The notes under the pieces: model-generated
The model's database searches: none
The model's input: the letters and a program-made list of their open reading frames with translations, nothing else
What the model was told of the DNA's origin: nothing
In this document: piece after piece, positions 28,201 through 35,478 of the stretch
Layout of the letters: each line of letters opens with the position of its first letter
Numbering within the stretch: position 1 is the first letter of the stretch
Source of the DNA: Actinomycetota bacterium
GTDB lineage: Bacteria > Actinomycetota > Actinomycetes > JACCUZ01
Length of the DNA: 49,524 nucleotides
Direction: 5' to 3'
Assembly (NCBI GenBank): GCA_030841025.1
Contig: JAVEDJ010000012.1
Location: 1-49,524, forward strand
Made by a program: the position numbers and the translations under genes

Positions 28201-29823
28201 GGCACCCCGCTCCCCGTCGGAGTGCCCGACGCGTTCCTCGAGCCGGTCCGCGACCCGATGGGTGACCTCGTCGCCCGCTTTGCCCGCACGCACGTGCCGT
28301 TCACCGTCGCAGCCCTGGCCGAGCGGCTCGGCCTCGGCCCGGCCGTGGTCGGGCAGGCACTCGACCGGTTGGCGGCGAACGGCCGGGTGGTCCAGGGCGA
28401 GTTCCTGCCCGGCGGCGCGGGCACCGAGTGGTGTGACGCCGAGGTGCTGCGCACGCTGCGCCGCCGTGCGCTGGCCGCGCTGCGCAAGGACGTCGAGCCG
28501 GTGCCGCCGGCCGCCCTGGGCACCTTCCTGCCGGCCTGGCAGCAGGTCGGTGGGCGGCTGCGCGGCGTCGAGGGCGTGCTGCGCGTCGTGGAGCAGCTGC
28601 AGGGCGCCGCCGTGCCCGCGTCCGCGCTCGAGTCGCTGGTGCTTCCGGCCCGGGTGTCCGGCTACTCCCCCGCCATGCTCGACGAGCTCTGTGCCGCGGG
28701 TGAGGTGCGCTGGGCAGGCCACGGATCGCTGCCCGGTGCCGATGGCTGGGTCTCCCTGCACCTCGCGGACCAAGCCCCCCTGACGCTGCCGGATCCCGAC
28801 CCCGAGGCCGTCACCACACCGCTGCACGAGGCGCTGCTCGAGGTGCTGTCCGGCGGGGGCGCCTTCTTCTTCCGCCAGCTCTCCGATGCCGCAGGTGGCA
28901 CCGACGATCGCGAGACGCTCGCGGCGCTCTGGGACCTCGTCTGGGGCGGGCACCTGTCCGGCGACACGCTCGCTCCGGCCCGCGCACTGGCCGGTGGCGG
29001 GCGCGGGGCGCACCGGCCGCGGGCTGCCACACCGCGCGGACGCTACGGCCGCGGCCGCCCGGCCATGCCGACACGCACCGGACCGCCCACCGCGGTGGGT
29101 CGCTGGGCGGCGCTGCCAGTCCGTGAGACGGACCCGACCCGACGGGCCCACTCGCTCGCCGAGAGGTTGCTCGACCGGCACGGCGTGGTCATCCGCGGCG
29201 CGGTCATGAGCGAGCGGGCTCCCGGCGGTTTCGCGGCGGTCTACCGCGTGCTGGCCACGTTCGAGGAGACCGGTCGCTGCCGGCGCGGCTATTTCGTCGA
29301 AGGTCTCGGCGCGGCGCAGTTCGCGCAGCCCGGCGCGGTCGACCGGCTGCGGGCGACGGCGTCGACCCTCGAGCGCGACGAGCAGGCGACGGCTTTCTCG
29401 CCGTACGACCTCGCGCCGCCGCACGCGTCCCGCGCCCTGGTGCTCGCGGCCACCGACCCGGCCAACCCGTTCGGCGCCGCCCTGCCCTGGCCCGGCCGGG
29501 GTGACCCCGACTCCGCCCGGAGCGCCGGGCACCGGCCGGGCCGCAAGGCCGGGGCCCTCGTCGTGCTCCTCGACGGCGAGCTGGCCATCTACGTCGAACG
29601 CGGCGGGCGCACCCTGCTCACGTGGACCGACGCGCCCGACGTGCTGCAGCCGGCGGTCGACGCCTTGGCCCTCGCGGTCCGCGACGGCCACCTGGGCCGC
29701 ATCACCGTGGAGCGCGCGGACGGCGTCGGGGTGCTCAGCCGCGACGGCGGCAGCCCGCTGGGCACCGCGCTCGAGACCGCCGGCTTCCACGCCACTCCAC
29801 GGGGTCTGCGACTGCGTCGCTGA
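25201..29823 (+). CDS. lhr: ATP-dependent helicase Lhr (large helicase-related protein)
   Basis: About 1540 aa. It has Walker A APTGSGKT, a DEVH box, helicase C (SSLELGIDMG) and the long Lhr-specific C-terminal region. In-frame GTG candidates lie at 25198, 25201 and 25207. Everything upstream in the 1784-aa ORF-track entry is antisense to the ABC ATPase gene. Confidence 0.92.
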   Translation: MSVPDPVAAFSPATRAWFEGSFHAPTAAQVGAWQAIGGGDNALVVAPTGSGKTLAAFLWSIDRLASTPRPEQAQRRCRVLYISPMKALAVDVERNLRAPLTGIRHAATRLGLPEPDLTVATRSGDTPADERRRFGRTPPDILITTPESLFLLLTSQARESLRGVETVIVDEVHAVAGTKRGAHLALSLERLDSLLDAPAQRIGLSATVRPVEEVARFLGGSREVTVVQPPSAKTVELEVVVPVEDMSVLGQSTGEVSGSAAGEVQRTSIWPHVEERIVDLVQAHRSTIVFANSRRLAERLCARLNEIAWEREQGEELPDPGSLQPAALMAQSGTSRGVSSEIARAHHGSVSKEQRSEIEEALKAGRLPAVVATSSLELGIDMGAVDLVIQVESPPSVASGLQRVGRAGHQVGAVSRGVIFPKYRGDLVQSAVVAERMRGGEIEALRYPRNPLDVLAQQVVAMVALDQWDVEEVYDVVRRAAPYSGLPRSAFESVLDMLSGRYPSDEFAELRPRLVWDRVAGTLTGRPGAQRLAVTSGGTIPDRGLFGVFLVGEKSSRVGELDEEMVYESRVGDVFTLGSTAWRIEDITHDRVLVSPAPGQPGRLPFWKGDAPGRPVELGRALGAFVREIGGLSPAKARARVMASGLDAWAADNLVGYLAEQREATGHLPDDRTIVIERFRDELGDWRIAIHSPFGAQVHAPWALAVSARLRERYGVDVQAMHADDGIVLRLPDTEFTDDSSVNDGVPPQGDVAVFAADEIEERVTAEVGGSALFAARFRECAARALLLPRRDPGRRTPLWQQRQRSAQLLSVASDYGSFPVVLETMRECLQDVFDVPGLVALMRDVEERRVQFVEVETPEPSPFARSLLFGYVAQFLYEGDSPLAERRAQALALDSTLLAELLGQQGYGALRELLDPGTVTALERDLQRLSDERRAREPEGVADLLRILGPVSTAEAIERGATAAWLADLEEARRAIRVRVAGEERWAAVEDAGRLRDALGTPLPVGVPDAFLEPVRDPMGDLVARFARTHVPFTVAALAERLGLGPAVVGQALDRLAANGRVVQGEFLPGGAGTEWCDAEVLRTLRRRALAALRKDVEPVPPAALGTFLPAWQQVGGRLRGVEGVLRVVEQLQGAAVPASALESLVLPARVSGYSPAMLDELCAAGEVRWAGHGSLPGADGWVSLHLADQAPLTLPDPDPEAVTTPLHEALLEVLSGGGAFFFRQLSDAAGGTDDRETLAALWDLVWGGHLSGDTLAPARALAGGGRGAHRPRAATPRGRYGRGRPAMPTRTGPPTAVGRWAALPVRETDPTRRAHSLAERLLDRHGVVIRGAVMSERAPGGFAAVYRVLATFEETGRCRRGYFVEGLGAAQFAQPGAVDRLRATASTLERDEQATAFSPYDLAPPHASRALVLAATDPANPFGAALPWPGRGDPDSARSAGHRPGRKAGALVVLLDGELAIYVERGGRTLLTWTDAPDVLQPAVDALALAVRDGHLGRITVERADGVGVLSRDGGSPLGTALETAGFHATPRGLRLRR

Positions 29824-29835
29824 CCGTGGGCACCG

Positions 29836-30579
29836 TCACTGCAGCAGGCTGACACCGCGCGCGATGACGATGACCGACAGCACGATCGCCGACACGGACT
29901 CGATCGCCATCAAGATCTTCGCCCGGTGCGACAGCGGCATCGTGTCGGTGGGGCTGAACGCCGACGAGTTGGTCACCGAGACGTAGAGGTAGTCCAGGAA
30001 GCCCGGCGACCAGTCCGACCGGGCGGACGACCGCTTCGCCACCTCGACGATCGCGTCGTGGTCCTCGTCCTGCGGGAACCGGAAGTCGGCGGCCGGCAGC
30101 TGGTGGCGGGGAACACGAGTCCGGGCCACCGGCCCACCCCGGTCGAGCTCCCAGAACGCGAGCGCGAACACGATCATGTTCGTCACCCAGACCTGCGCTG
30201 CACCGAGCAGCAGGAAGCTGCCGGCCTTCGTCTTGGTGTTGATGAGCTCGTCGAGAAGCAGCCCGAGGGCGGTGCCGTTGGCCGCCGCAATGAGCGCCAC
30301 CAGCGCGATCGAGAGCCACCGGAGGAACACCGTCTCCCGGGTCATCCGGCGCGGGTTGCCCAACAGCAGCGGGATGAAGAGAACGAGCTCCAGCAGCGGT
30401 ACCGCGAGACGGGGTCCGATGATCAGCGGGTTCGGCAGCAGCGCGTACAGCGCGATCGCCACCAGGATCGCGGCCGCCGCGGCGTACCGGGCCTCGCCGG
30501 GGTTCCGGCGCACGGCCTCGCCACCTGCGGCTGCTGTGCCCGCGCCACCCGTGCTCGGGAGCTCGTCCACGGGGCCCAT
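29836..30579 (-). CDS. DUF1345 family membrane protein
   Basis: ATG at 30579 (MGPVDELPS...). Four to five TM helices plus FWELD and FLDYLYVSVTNSSAFSPTD segments match my recollection of DUF1345. The stop is 12 nt from the lhr stop (convergent). Confidence 0.7.
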   Translation of the reverse strand: MGPVDELPSTGGAGTAAAGGEAVRRNPGEARYAAAAAILVAIALYALLPNPLIIGPRLAVPLLELVLFIPLLLGNPRRMTRETVFLRWLSIALVALIAAANGTALGLLLDELINTKTKAGSFLLLGAAQVWVTNMIVFALAFWELDRGGPVARTRVPRHQLPAADFRFPQDEDHDAIVEVAKRSSARSDWSPGFLDYLYVSVTNSSAFSPTDTMPLSHRAKILMAIESVSAIVLSVIVIARGVSLLQ

Positions 30580-30638
30580 TCTGGCCCGTGCGGCCCGAGA
30601 ACCGTCGACCAACACACGCCAAGCGGCCCTGGGGACGC

Positions 30639-31337
30639 CTACTCCGGCTCGACCACGCGGATGCGCACGGCCCGGAACATCGGCGGCGTCTGTTCCAGGA
30701 CTCGCAGGCGTGGGTCGGGAACGTCGAGGTGCTGCGCCACCACGAGACCGCGCAGCGGCGCGAGCCGCTGGTCCCCGAGCACCTCTGCGGCTGTCCGGCG
30801 GTCGCCACCCAGCACCACACCCTGCAGGTCCGCGGCGGCCGGCAGCAGCACCCGTACGGCGACGTCGGCCGCGGCCCCGAGTGCGACCTTGGCCTGTCCC
30901 TGCCGCCGGCGCGCAAAGCGTTGCTGCGACCAGCCGCCGGCGGCGCTGCGACCCTGCACGTGACGCGAGCCCACCTTCGAGGCGATCAGCTGGGGGCCGC
31001 GGAAGACGCCGGCCGCGTGACCGCCGAGCCGCACCAGCAGCACCCCGACGGTGCGCTGGGCCAGGGCGTGCACCACGAGCCCGCCGTACGGCGCCGTGTC
31101 GTCGACCACCAGCGGCGGGAAGGGCACGGTGACCTCGGCGAGCGCTCCGTCGGCGGCGGTCACGAGCACGACCGCGCTGCCGGGTGCCGCGGACACCGCA
31201 CCATGCCGGTCCGCGAACCCGAGCAGCCATCGTTCGAGCCGCTCGGGGGCGACGTCGACCCACCTGCCACCTCCGGCTGCGGGACGACCACTCACGACCA
31301 CGTCACGGTGCTCACCTTCGCGCTCACCTTCCCGCAT
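30639..31337 (-). CDS. acVLRF1-type (Vms1/ANKZF1-like) putative peptidyl-tRNA hydrolase
   Basis: 232 aa. LVRLGGHAAGVF parallels the GGHFAG segment of the Vms1 VLRF1 domain. SRHVQGRSAAGGWSQQRFARRRQGQ parallels its Gln-containing loop. The start could be a downstream GTG. Confidence 0.6.
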   Translation of the reverse strand: MREGEREGEHRDVVVSGRPAAGGGRWVDVAPERLERWLLGFADRHGAVSAAPGSAVVLVTAADGALAEVTVPFPPLVVDDTAPYGGLVVHALAQRTVGVLLVRLGGHAAGVFRGPQLIASKVGSRHVQGRSAAGGWSQQRFARRRQGQAKVALGAAADVAVRVLLPAAADLQGVVLGGDRRTAAEVLGDQRLAPLRGLVVAQHLDVPDPRLRVLEQTPPMFRAVRIRVVEPE

Positions 31338-31408
31338 CTGCAGATGTATCTGTCGGCCGCGGCCGTGGCTCCTTCTGCCATCGCTGACTCACCGAGGAGA
31401 GGTTCACC

Positions 31409-31642
31409 ATGGTCGCCCCGCACCCGATGGCGTCGTTCCTCCAGCTCATCATGGCTGCGCACGAGGACCTGGAGCGGCACCGCCGCACACCGGCACCCAG
31501 GTCCGACCCACCCCGGCAGACCGCACCCGCCGAGCCCGCGCCGGCTCCCGCTCCGGCGTCGGTGCCCGTCCCCACGGCAGCGCCCGGGCCACTCGTCCCG
31601 AGGCAGATCGACCTCGAGCAAGCTCGCCGGGTGCGCAGCTGA
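31409..31642 (+). CDS. Small Pro/Ala-rich hypothetical protein (77 aa)
   Basis: The ATG is preceded by GAGGAGAGG at about 6 nt spacing. It has high GC3 throughout. It is divergent from the acVLRF1 gene across a 71-nt spacer. No family recognised. Confidence 0.5.
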   Translation: MVAPHPMASFLQLIMAAHEDLERHRRTPAPRSDPPRQTAPAEPAPAPAPASVPVPTAAPGPLVPRQIDLEQARRVRS

Positions 31643-31674
31643 CGCGACACACGGTGCCTACCGTCCCACCGGGC

Positions 31675-32172
31675 TCAGGGCAGCGGTCGCTCGAACCACC
31701 GCACGTCCCAGTAGCGACCGAACTTCCTGCCCACCTCACCGGTGGTGCCGATGGCCCGGAAACCGAACCGCTCGTGCAGCGCGACCGACGCGTCGTTGGG
31801 CAGCGCGACACCGGCGTACGCGCGATGTAGGTCTTCGGTCGCCAGCTGCTCGAACAGGGCGCGGTAGAGCGCGGAGCCCACTCCCCGGCCGACGATGTCA
31901 GCGCGGCAGTAGACGGATGTCTCGACGGACGTGGCGTAGGCCGGCTTGGACCGGAAGACACTGCTCGTCGCGTAGCCCTGCACGTCCTCGCCCTCGACGG
32001 CGACCAGCAGCCGGTGGGGTCCGGTGACGGCGTACTGCGAGAACCACGTCCGTCGCTGCTCGACGGTGAACTCGGTCGTGTCGAATGTCGCAGGTCCCGA
32101 GCGCACGTAGTGGTTGTAGATGTCGGTCAGCGCAGGCAGGTCACTGGACACCGCGGGCCGTACGACGGTCAT
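31675..32172 (-). CDS. GNAT family N-acetyltransferase (phosphinothricin-acetyltransferase-like subfamily)
   Basis: The ATG at 32172 overlaps the SDR stop (ATGA). MTVVRPAVSSDLPALTDIYNHYV, acetyl-CoA loop RGRGVGSALY and the C-terminal RYWDVRWFERPL are typical of the PAT/Bar-like group. Confidence 0.8.
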   Translation of the reverse strand: MTVVRPAVSSDLPALTDIYNHYVRSGPATFDTTEFTVEQRRTWFSQYAVTGPHRLLVAVEGEDVQGYATSSVFRSKPAYATSVETSVYCRADIVGRGVGSALYRALFEQLATEDLHRAYAGVALPNDASVALHERFGFRAIGTTGEVGRKFGRYWDVRWFERPLP

Positions 32173-32915
32173 CGGCCGCCGCCCACGTCGATGAACGACC
32201 CGGTGACGTAGGACGCCTCGTCGCTGAGCAGCCAGGCAATGGCAGCCGCGACCTCCTCGACCCGACCCGGTCTCTTCATCGGCAGGGTCGGCGCGAGCCG
32301 GTGGACGCGTCCCGGCTCGCCGCCCTGCGCGTGGATCTCTGTCGCGATCAGCCCGGGACGCACCGCATTGACCCGGATGCCCTCGTCGGCCACCTCCTTG
32401 GACAGCCCGACCGTCATGGCGTCCACCGCGGCCTTGGCGGCGGCGTAGTCGACGTACTCCCCCGGCGCTCCCAGCACGGCCGCGCGGGAGGACACGTTGA
32501 CGATGGCGCCGCCGCCACCGCCGTGGCGCGTGGAGAGCCGGCGTACCGCCTCGCGGGCGCACAGGAACGCGCCGGTGACGTTCACCGCGAACATTCGCTC
32601 GAGCCGGGCGGTCGTGATCTCTTCGAGCCGGGCCTGGCGGTCGACGACGCCGGCGTTGTTGACCAGCCCGGCAATCGGACCCAGCTCGGCGTCGGCGGTC
32701 CGGAAGAGCTCCACGACATCTGCCTCGACCGACACGTCGGCGCGCACCGCGATCGCCTCGATGCCAGCGGCCGCACACGCGGTCACGACCTCGTCGGCCG
32801 CCTCGGCATCGTGGACGAACGAGAGGCAGATGGCGTGACCGCGCTGGGCAAGCAGCCGCGCGGTCGCTGCCCCGATGCCACGGCTCCCGCCGGTGACGAC
32901 GACAGGACCTGGCAC
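32169..32915 (-). CDS. SDR family oxidoreductase
   Basis: GTG start. Cofactor motif TGGSRGIG and catalytic YAAAKAA. 248 aa, the classical SDR length. Confidence 0.88.
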   Translation of the reverse strand: MPGPVVVTGGSRGIGAATARLLAQRGHAICLSFVHDAEAADEVVTACAAAGIEAIAVRADVSVEADVVELFRTADAELGPIAGLVNNAGVVDRQARLEEITTARLERMFAVNVTGAFLCAREAVRRLSTRHGGGGGAIVNVSSRAAVLGAPGEYVDYAAAKAAVDAMTVGLSKEVADEGIRVNAVRPGLIATEIHAQGGEPGRVHRLAPTLPMKRPGRVEEVAAAIAWLLSDEASYVTGSFIDVGGGR

Positions 32916-32954
32916 GTGGTCAGCATAGGGCTGGCCGCAGCGACCTCACGGCGC

Positions 32955-32993
32955 ACGACGGCGCCGGTCGCTACGTACGACGGCGCCGGTCGC
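32955..32993. repeat. 22-bp-period direct duplication straddling the stop codon of the ABM gene
   Basis: ACGACGGCGCCGGTCGC occurs at 32955-32971 and again at 32977-32993. The TAG stop of the 32971..33549 CDS lies at the junction. Confidence 0.85.
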
Positions 32994-33549
32994 CGTACAG
33001 GAACCGACTGAACAAGCGGGTCATCCGCGGCATCACGACCCACGTCATCAGCACCGTGAGGGTGCCCGAGAAGACCAGTGTGCGGGCGATGAGCCACCAG
33101 GCCGTCAACAGCGGCAGCACGAGCACGTTCATCATCAGCACCAGCGGCACGATGGCTGCGAGGGTGACGAGGAACATCTTCCACTTCGGCGGAGCCGGTG
33201 CGGTGCGGCCCGGCATCGCGAACCACGTCTCAAGGCCGGAGACGCGACTGACACCGGTCTCCTCAACGAATTCGTCGGCGCGCTGCAGCCAGTCCGCGCG
33301 CTCGTCCGACTGCTCCCAGCGCTCCAACGAGGCCGCGTCGGAGAACCGGTAGACGACATGCCAGTCGCCGGCGTCACCGCCGGAGGCTTCCTTCGGCCGC
33401 AGGATGCCGGCGCCGAGGAAGCCGGGGAACCGGCTGGCGCTGCCGATGATCCCGACGTACCAGTCCTCGAACTCCGCCTCGCGCCCGGGTGCCACGCGCC
33501 GCGCAACGGTCACGGTCACCGGTTCGGAGCGCTGCGGCACGATGGTCAC
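32971..33549 (-). CDS. Antibiotic-biosynthesis-monooxygenase (ABM) domain protein with C-terminal membrane segment
   Basis: It has an N-terminal ferredoxin-like ABM pattern (VTVTVARRVAPGREAEFEDW...HVVYRFSDAASLERWEQSDER). Two or three TM helices follow. The start is GTG 33549 or GTG 33519. Confidence 0.65.
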   Translation of the reverse strand: MTIVPQRSEPVTVTVARRVAPGREAEFEDWYVGIIGSASRFPGFLGAGILRPKEASGGDAGDWHVVYRFSDAASLERWEQSDERADWLQRADEFVEETGVSRVSGLETWFAMPGRTAPAPPKWKMFLVTLAAIVPLVLMMNVLVLPLLTAWWLIARTLVFSGTLTVLMTWVVMPRMTRLFSRFLYGDRRRRT

Positions 33550-33550
33550 T

Positions 33551-34396
33551 ATGCCCGAGGGAGACACGGTGTGGCTGGCGGGGAGACGGCTGCACGACGC
33601 GCTGGCGGGGCGGCCGCTGACGCATAGCGACTTCCGGGTGCCGCAGCTCGCGACGACCGACCTCACGGGGCGTGTGGTGCACGAGGTCGTCAGCCGCGGC
33701 AAGCACCTGCTGACCCGCATCGACGAGGACCTGACGCTGCACACCCACTTCCGCATGGACGGCACCTGGCACCTCTACCGCCCGGGCGACCGGTGGCACG
33801 GCGGCCCGGACTGGCAGGTCCGGGTGCTGCTCGCCAACGCCGACTGGCAGGCCGTGGGGTACCGCCTGCCGGTGGTGGAGCTGCTGGCCCGGGGGGATGA
33901 GGCCGCCGCGGTGGGTCACCTCGGTCCCGACATCCTCGGCGCCGACTGGGACAGGGACGAGGCGGTACGACGCGTCGCCGGCCAGCCCGACCGTGAGCTG
34001 GGCCAGGCGTTGCTCGACCAGCGCAACCTGGCCGGCATCGGCAACCTCTACAAGACCGAGGCGTGCTTCCTCGCCGGGCTCTCGCCCTGGACCCGCGTGG
34101 GGGCTGTGCCCGACGTGGGTGCAGTGATCGACGTCGCGGTCCGGCTGCTCACGATCAACCGCGACCACCCGTGGCAGACCACCACGGGCGTCGACCGGCG
34201 CGGGCACCAGCACTGGGCCTTCGAGCGGTCCGGCAAGCCCTGTCTGCGCTGCCGGACCCCGATCTCGCTGGCCGAGCAGGGCGATCCGCCCTACCAGCGG
34301 CTCGCCTACTGGTGTCGGAAGTGCCAGCCCGGTCCCGCGCCGCAGCCGATCCGTCGGCCGGCCCGGCCGGTAGGCCGCACGCGGTACACGCCCTGA
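33551..34396 (+). CDS. nei: Fpg/Nei family DNA glycosylase (endonuclease VIII, Nei2-like)
   Basis: The N-terminus MPEGDTVW carries the catalytic Pro2/Glu3. It has an H2TH region (GIGNLYKTEACF) and a C-terminal zinc finger (CLRC...CRKC). The N-terminus closely resembles mycobacterial Nei2, from recollection. Confidence 0.88.
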   Translation: MPEGDTVWLAGRRLHDALAGRPLTHSDFRVPQLATTDLTGRVVHEVVSRGKHLLTRIDEDLTLHTHFRMDGTWHLYRPGDRWHGGPDWQVRVLLANADWQAVGYRLPVVELLARGDEAAAVGHLGPDILGADWDRDEAVRRVAGQPDRELGQALLDQRNLAGIGNLYKTEACFLAGLSPWTRVGAVPDVGAVIDVAVRLLTINRDHPWQTTTGVDRRGHQHWAFERSGKPCLRCRTPISLAEQGDPPYQRLAYWCRKCQPGPAPQPIRRPARPVGRTRYTP

Positions 34397-34440
34397 CTAC
34401 CGGCGGCGACTGCGCGCGCAGACCGCGGAGGAACACGAAA

Positions 34441-34477
34441 GCCCGTCCACACCCCCGTTGACGTGGGGTGGACGGGC
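34441..34477. terminator. Bidirectional stem-loop terminator between convergent nei and clgR
   Basis: GCCCGTCCAC (34441-34450) pairs with GTGGACGGGC (34468-34477). Inner CCCC/GGGG pairing is also possible, around the loop GTTGACGT. Confidence 0.6.
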
Positions 34478-34538
34478 GATCGCAGTTGTTGTACCCCTGG
34501 CGTCGGCCTTTATGCCGCCGCGTGCGGCACAGGCCGGG

Positions 34539-34838
34539 CTAGGCCGCGACGTTGGTGACGTGCAGCGGACCGGGGGTGGGCACAGGGTGAACAAGCGGCA
34601 GCGACTCGGCCAGTGCCAGGTTGTCGCTCACCTCGCGGAGCACCTCGGACAACGGCACGTCGAGTGCCTCGCAGATGGAGCCGAGCAGCTCGGACGAGGC
34701 TTCCTTCTGGCCTCGCTCGACCTCGGATAGGTAGCCGAGCGAGACGCGCGCGGCAGCCGAGACCTCGCGAAGGGTCCGCCCCTGGTCGCGACGGCGCTCG
34801 CGCAGCACGTCGCCCAGCAGCCTGCGGAGCAAGATCAT
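34539..34838 (-). CDS. clgR: XRE-family HTH transcriptional regulator ClgR (Clp gene regulator)
   Basis: 99 aa. [46 protein letters not shown] is the ClgR/PopR-type HTH. It has a GAAGGAGGAG SD and the conserved position next to cinA-pgsA-ftsK. Confidence 0.8.
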   Translation of the reverse strand: MILLRRLLGDVLRERRRDQGRTLREVSAAARVSLGYLSEVERGQKEASSELLGSICEALDVPLSEVLREVSDNLALAESLPLVHPVPTPGPLHVTNVAA

Positions 34839-34959
34839 GGCCGCTCCTCCTTCATGTTCCTGATCGTGACGGGCGGATCGTGCGCTGGTGAATCCTCACC
34901 GTACCCGGCTGCGGTGTCAGTCGCTCGCCGCTGCACGTCCAGGAAGTGTAACGCTGTAA

Positions 34960-35478
34960 TCAGTGCTGCTGCTTCCCGAGGAGCTCGGTGGCGAAGGCCA
35001 CGGCCTCCCGGACGGTGTCGGCCCGGATCTCGGCCCGGTCGCCGGCCAGCGCCAGCGTGCGGACGGCCACTCCGAAGGGACCGGCTCCGGGGCCCGCGAG
35101 CGCCAGGTGGACCTCCCCCGGCGGCCTGCCGTCCTGGGGATCCGGGCCGGCCACCCCGGTGGCCGCCAGCCCGTAGGTCGCGCGCAGCCGGCTGGCGGCA
35201 CCTCGCGCCATCGCGGCGGCGACCTCCGGGTGCACTGCTCCGTGCCGGCGCAGCAGGGTTTCGTCGACGCCGAGCAGCGAGGACTTCAGCTCGGTGGCGT
35301 AGGCCACGACGGCGCCGCGGAAGGTCACCGACGCCCCCGGTGGCTCGGTGAGGGCAGCGCCCAGCAAACCGCCGGTCAGGGACTCGGCCACGGCGATGGT
35401 CGCGCGGCGGCGGCGGAGAGCCGCGTGCAGCGGCGCTGCGAGCGCGGTGCCGGCCGGCTGCTCCGGGGCGGGGCTCAT
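34960..35478 (-). CDS. CinA C-terminal-domain protein (nicotinamide-nucleotide amidohydrolase PncC-like), stand-alone
   Basis: The ATG at 35478 overlaps the pgsA stop (ATGA). IAVAESLTGGLLGAALT and AATGVAGP are CinA_C hallmarks. No N-terminal MoCF domain is present. Confidence 0.8.
   Translation of the reverse strand: MSPAPEQPAGTALAAPLHAALRRRRATIAVAESLTGGLLGAALTEPPGASVTFRGAVVAYATELKSSLLGVDETLLRRHGAVHPEVAAAMARGAASRLRATYGLAATGVAGPDPQDGRPPGEVHLALAGPGAGPFGVAVRTLALAGDRAEIRADTVREAVAFATELLGKQQH

Noticed and set aside
18197-34396. Horizontally acquired genomic island or prophage remnant
   Set aside because: There is no integrase, transposase, phage gene, flanking tRNA or direct repeats. By eye, GC content and codon style match the flanks (not computed). 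It is better described as a lineage-variable chromosomal segment.
34839-34959. ClgR autoregulatory operator (CGC-N5-GCG type) upstream of clgR
   Set aside because: I searched both strands by eye and found no convincing palindrome of that form. Only weak -10-like hexamers were found (for example TACACT).
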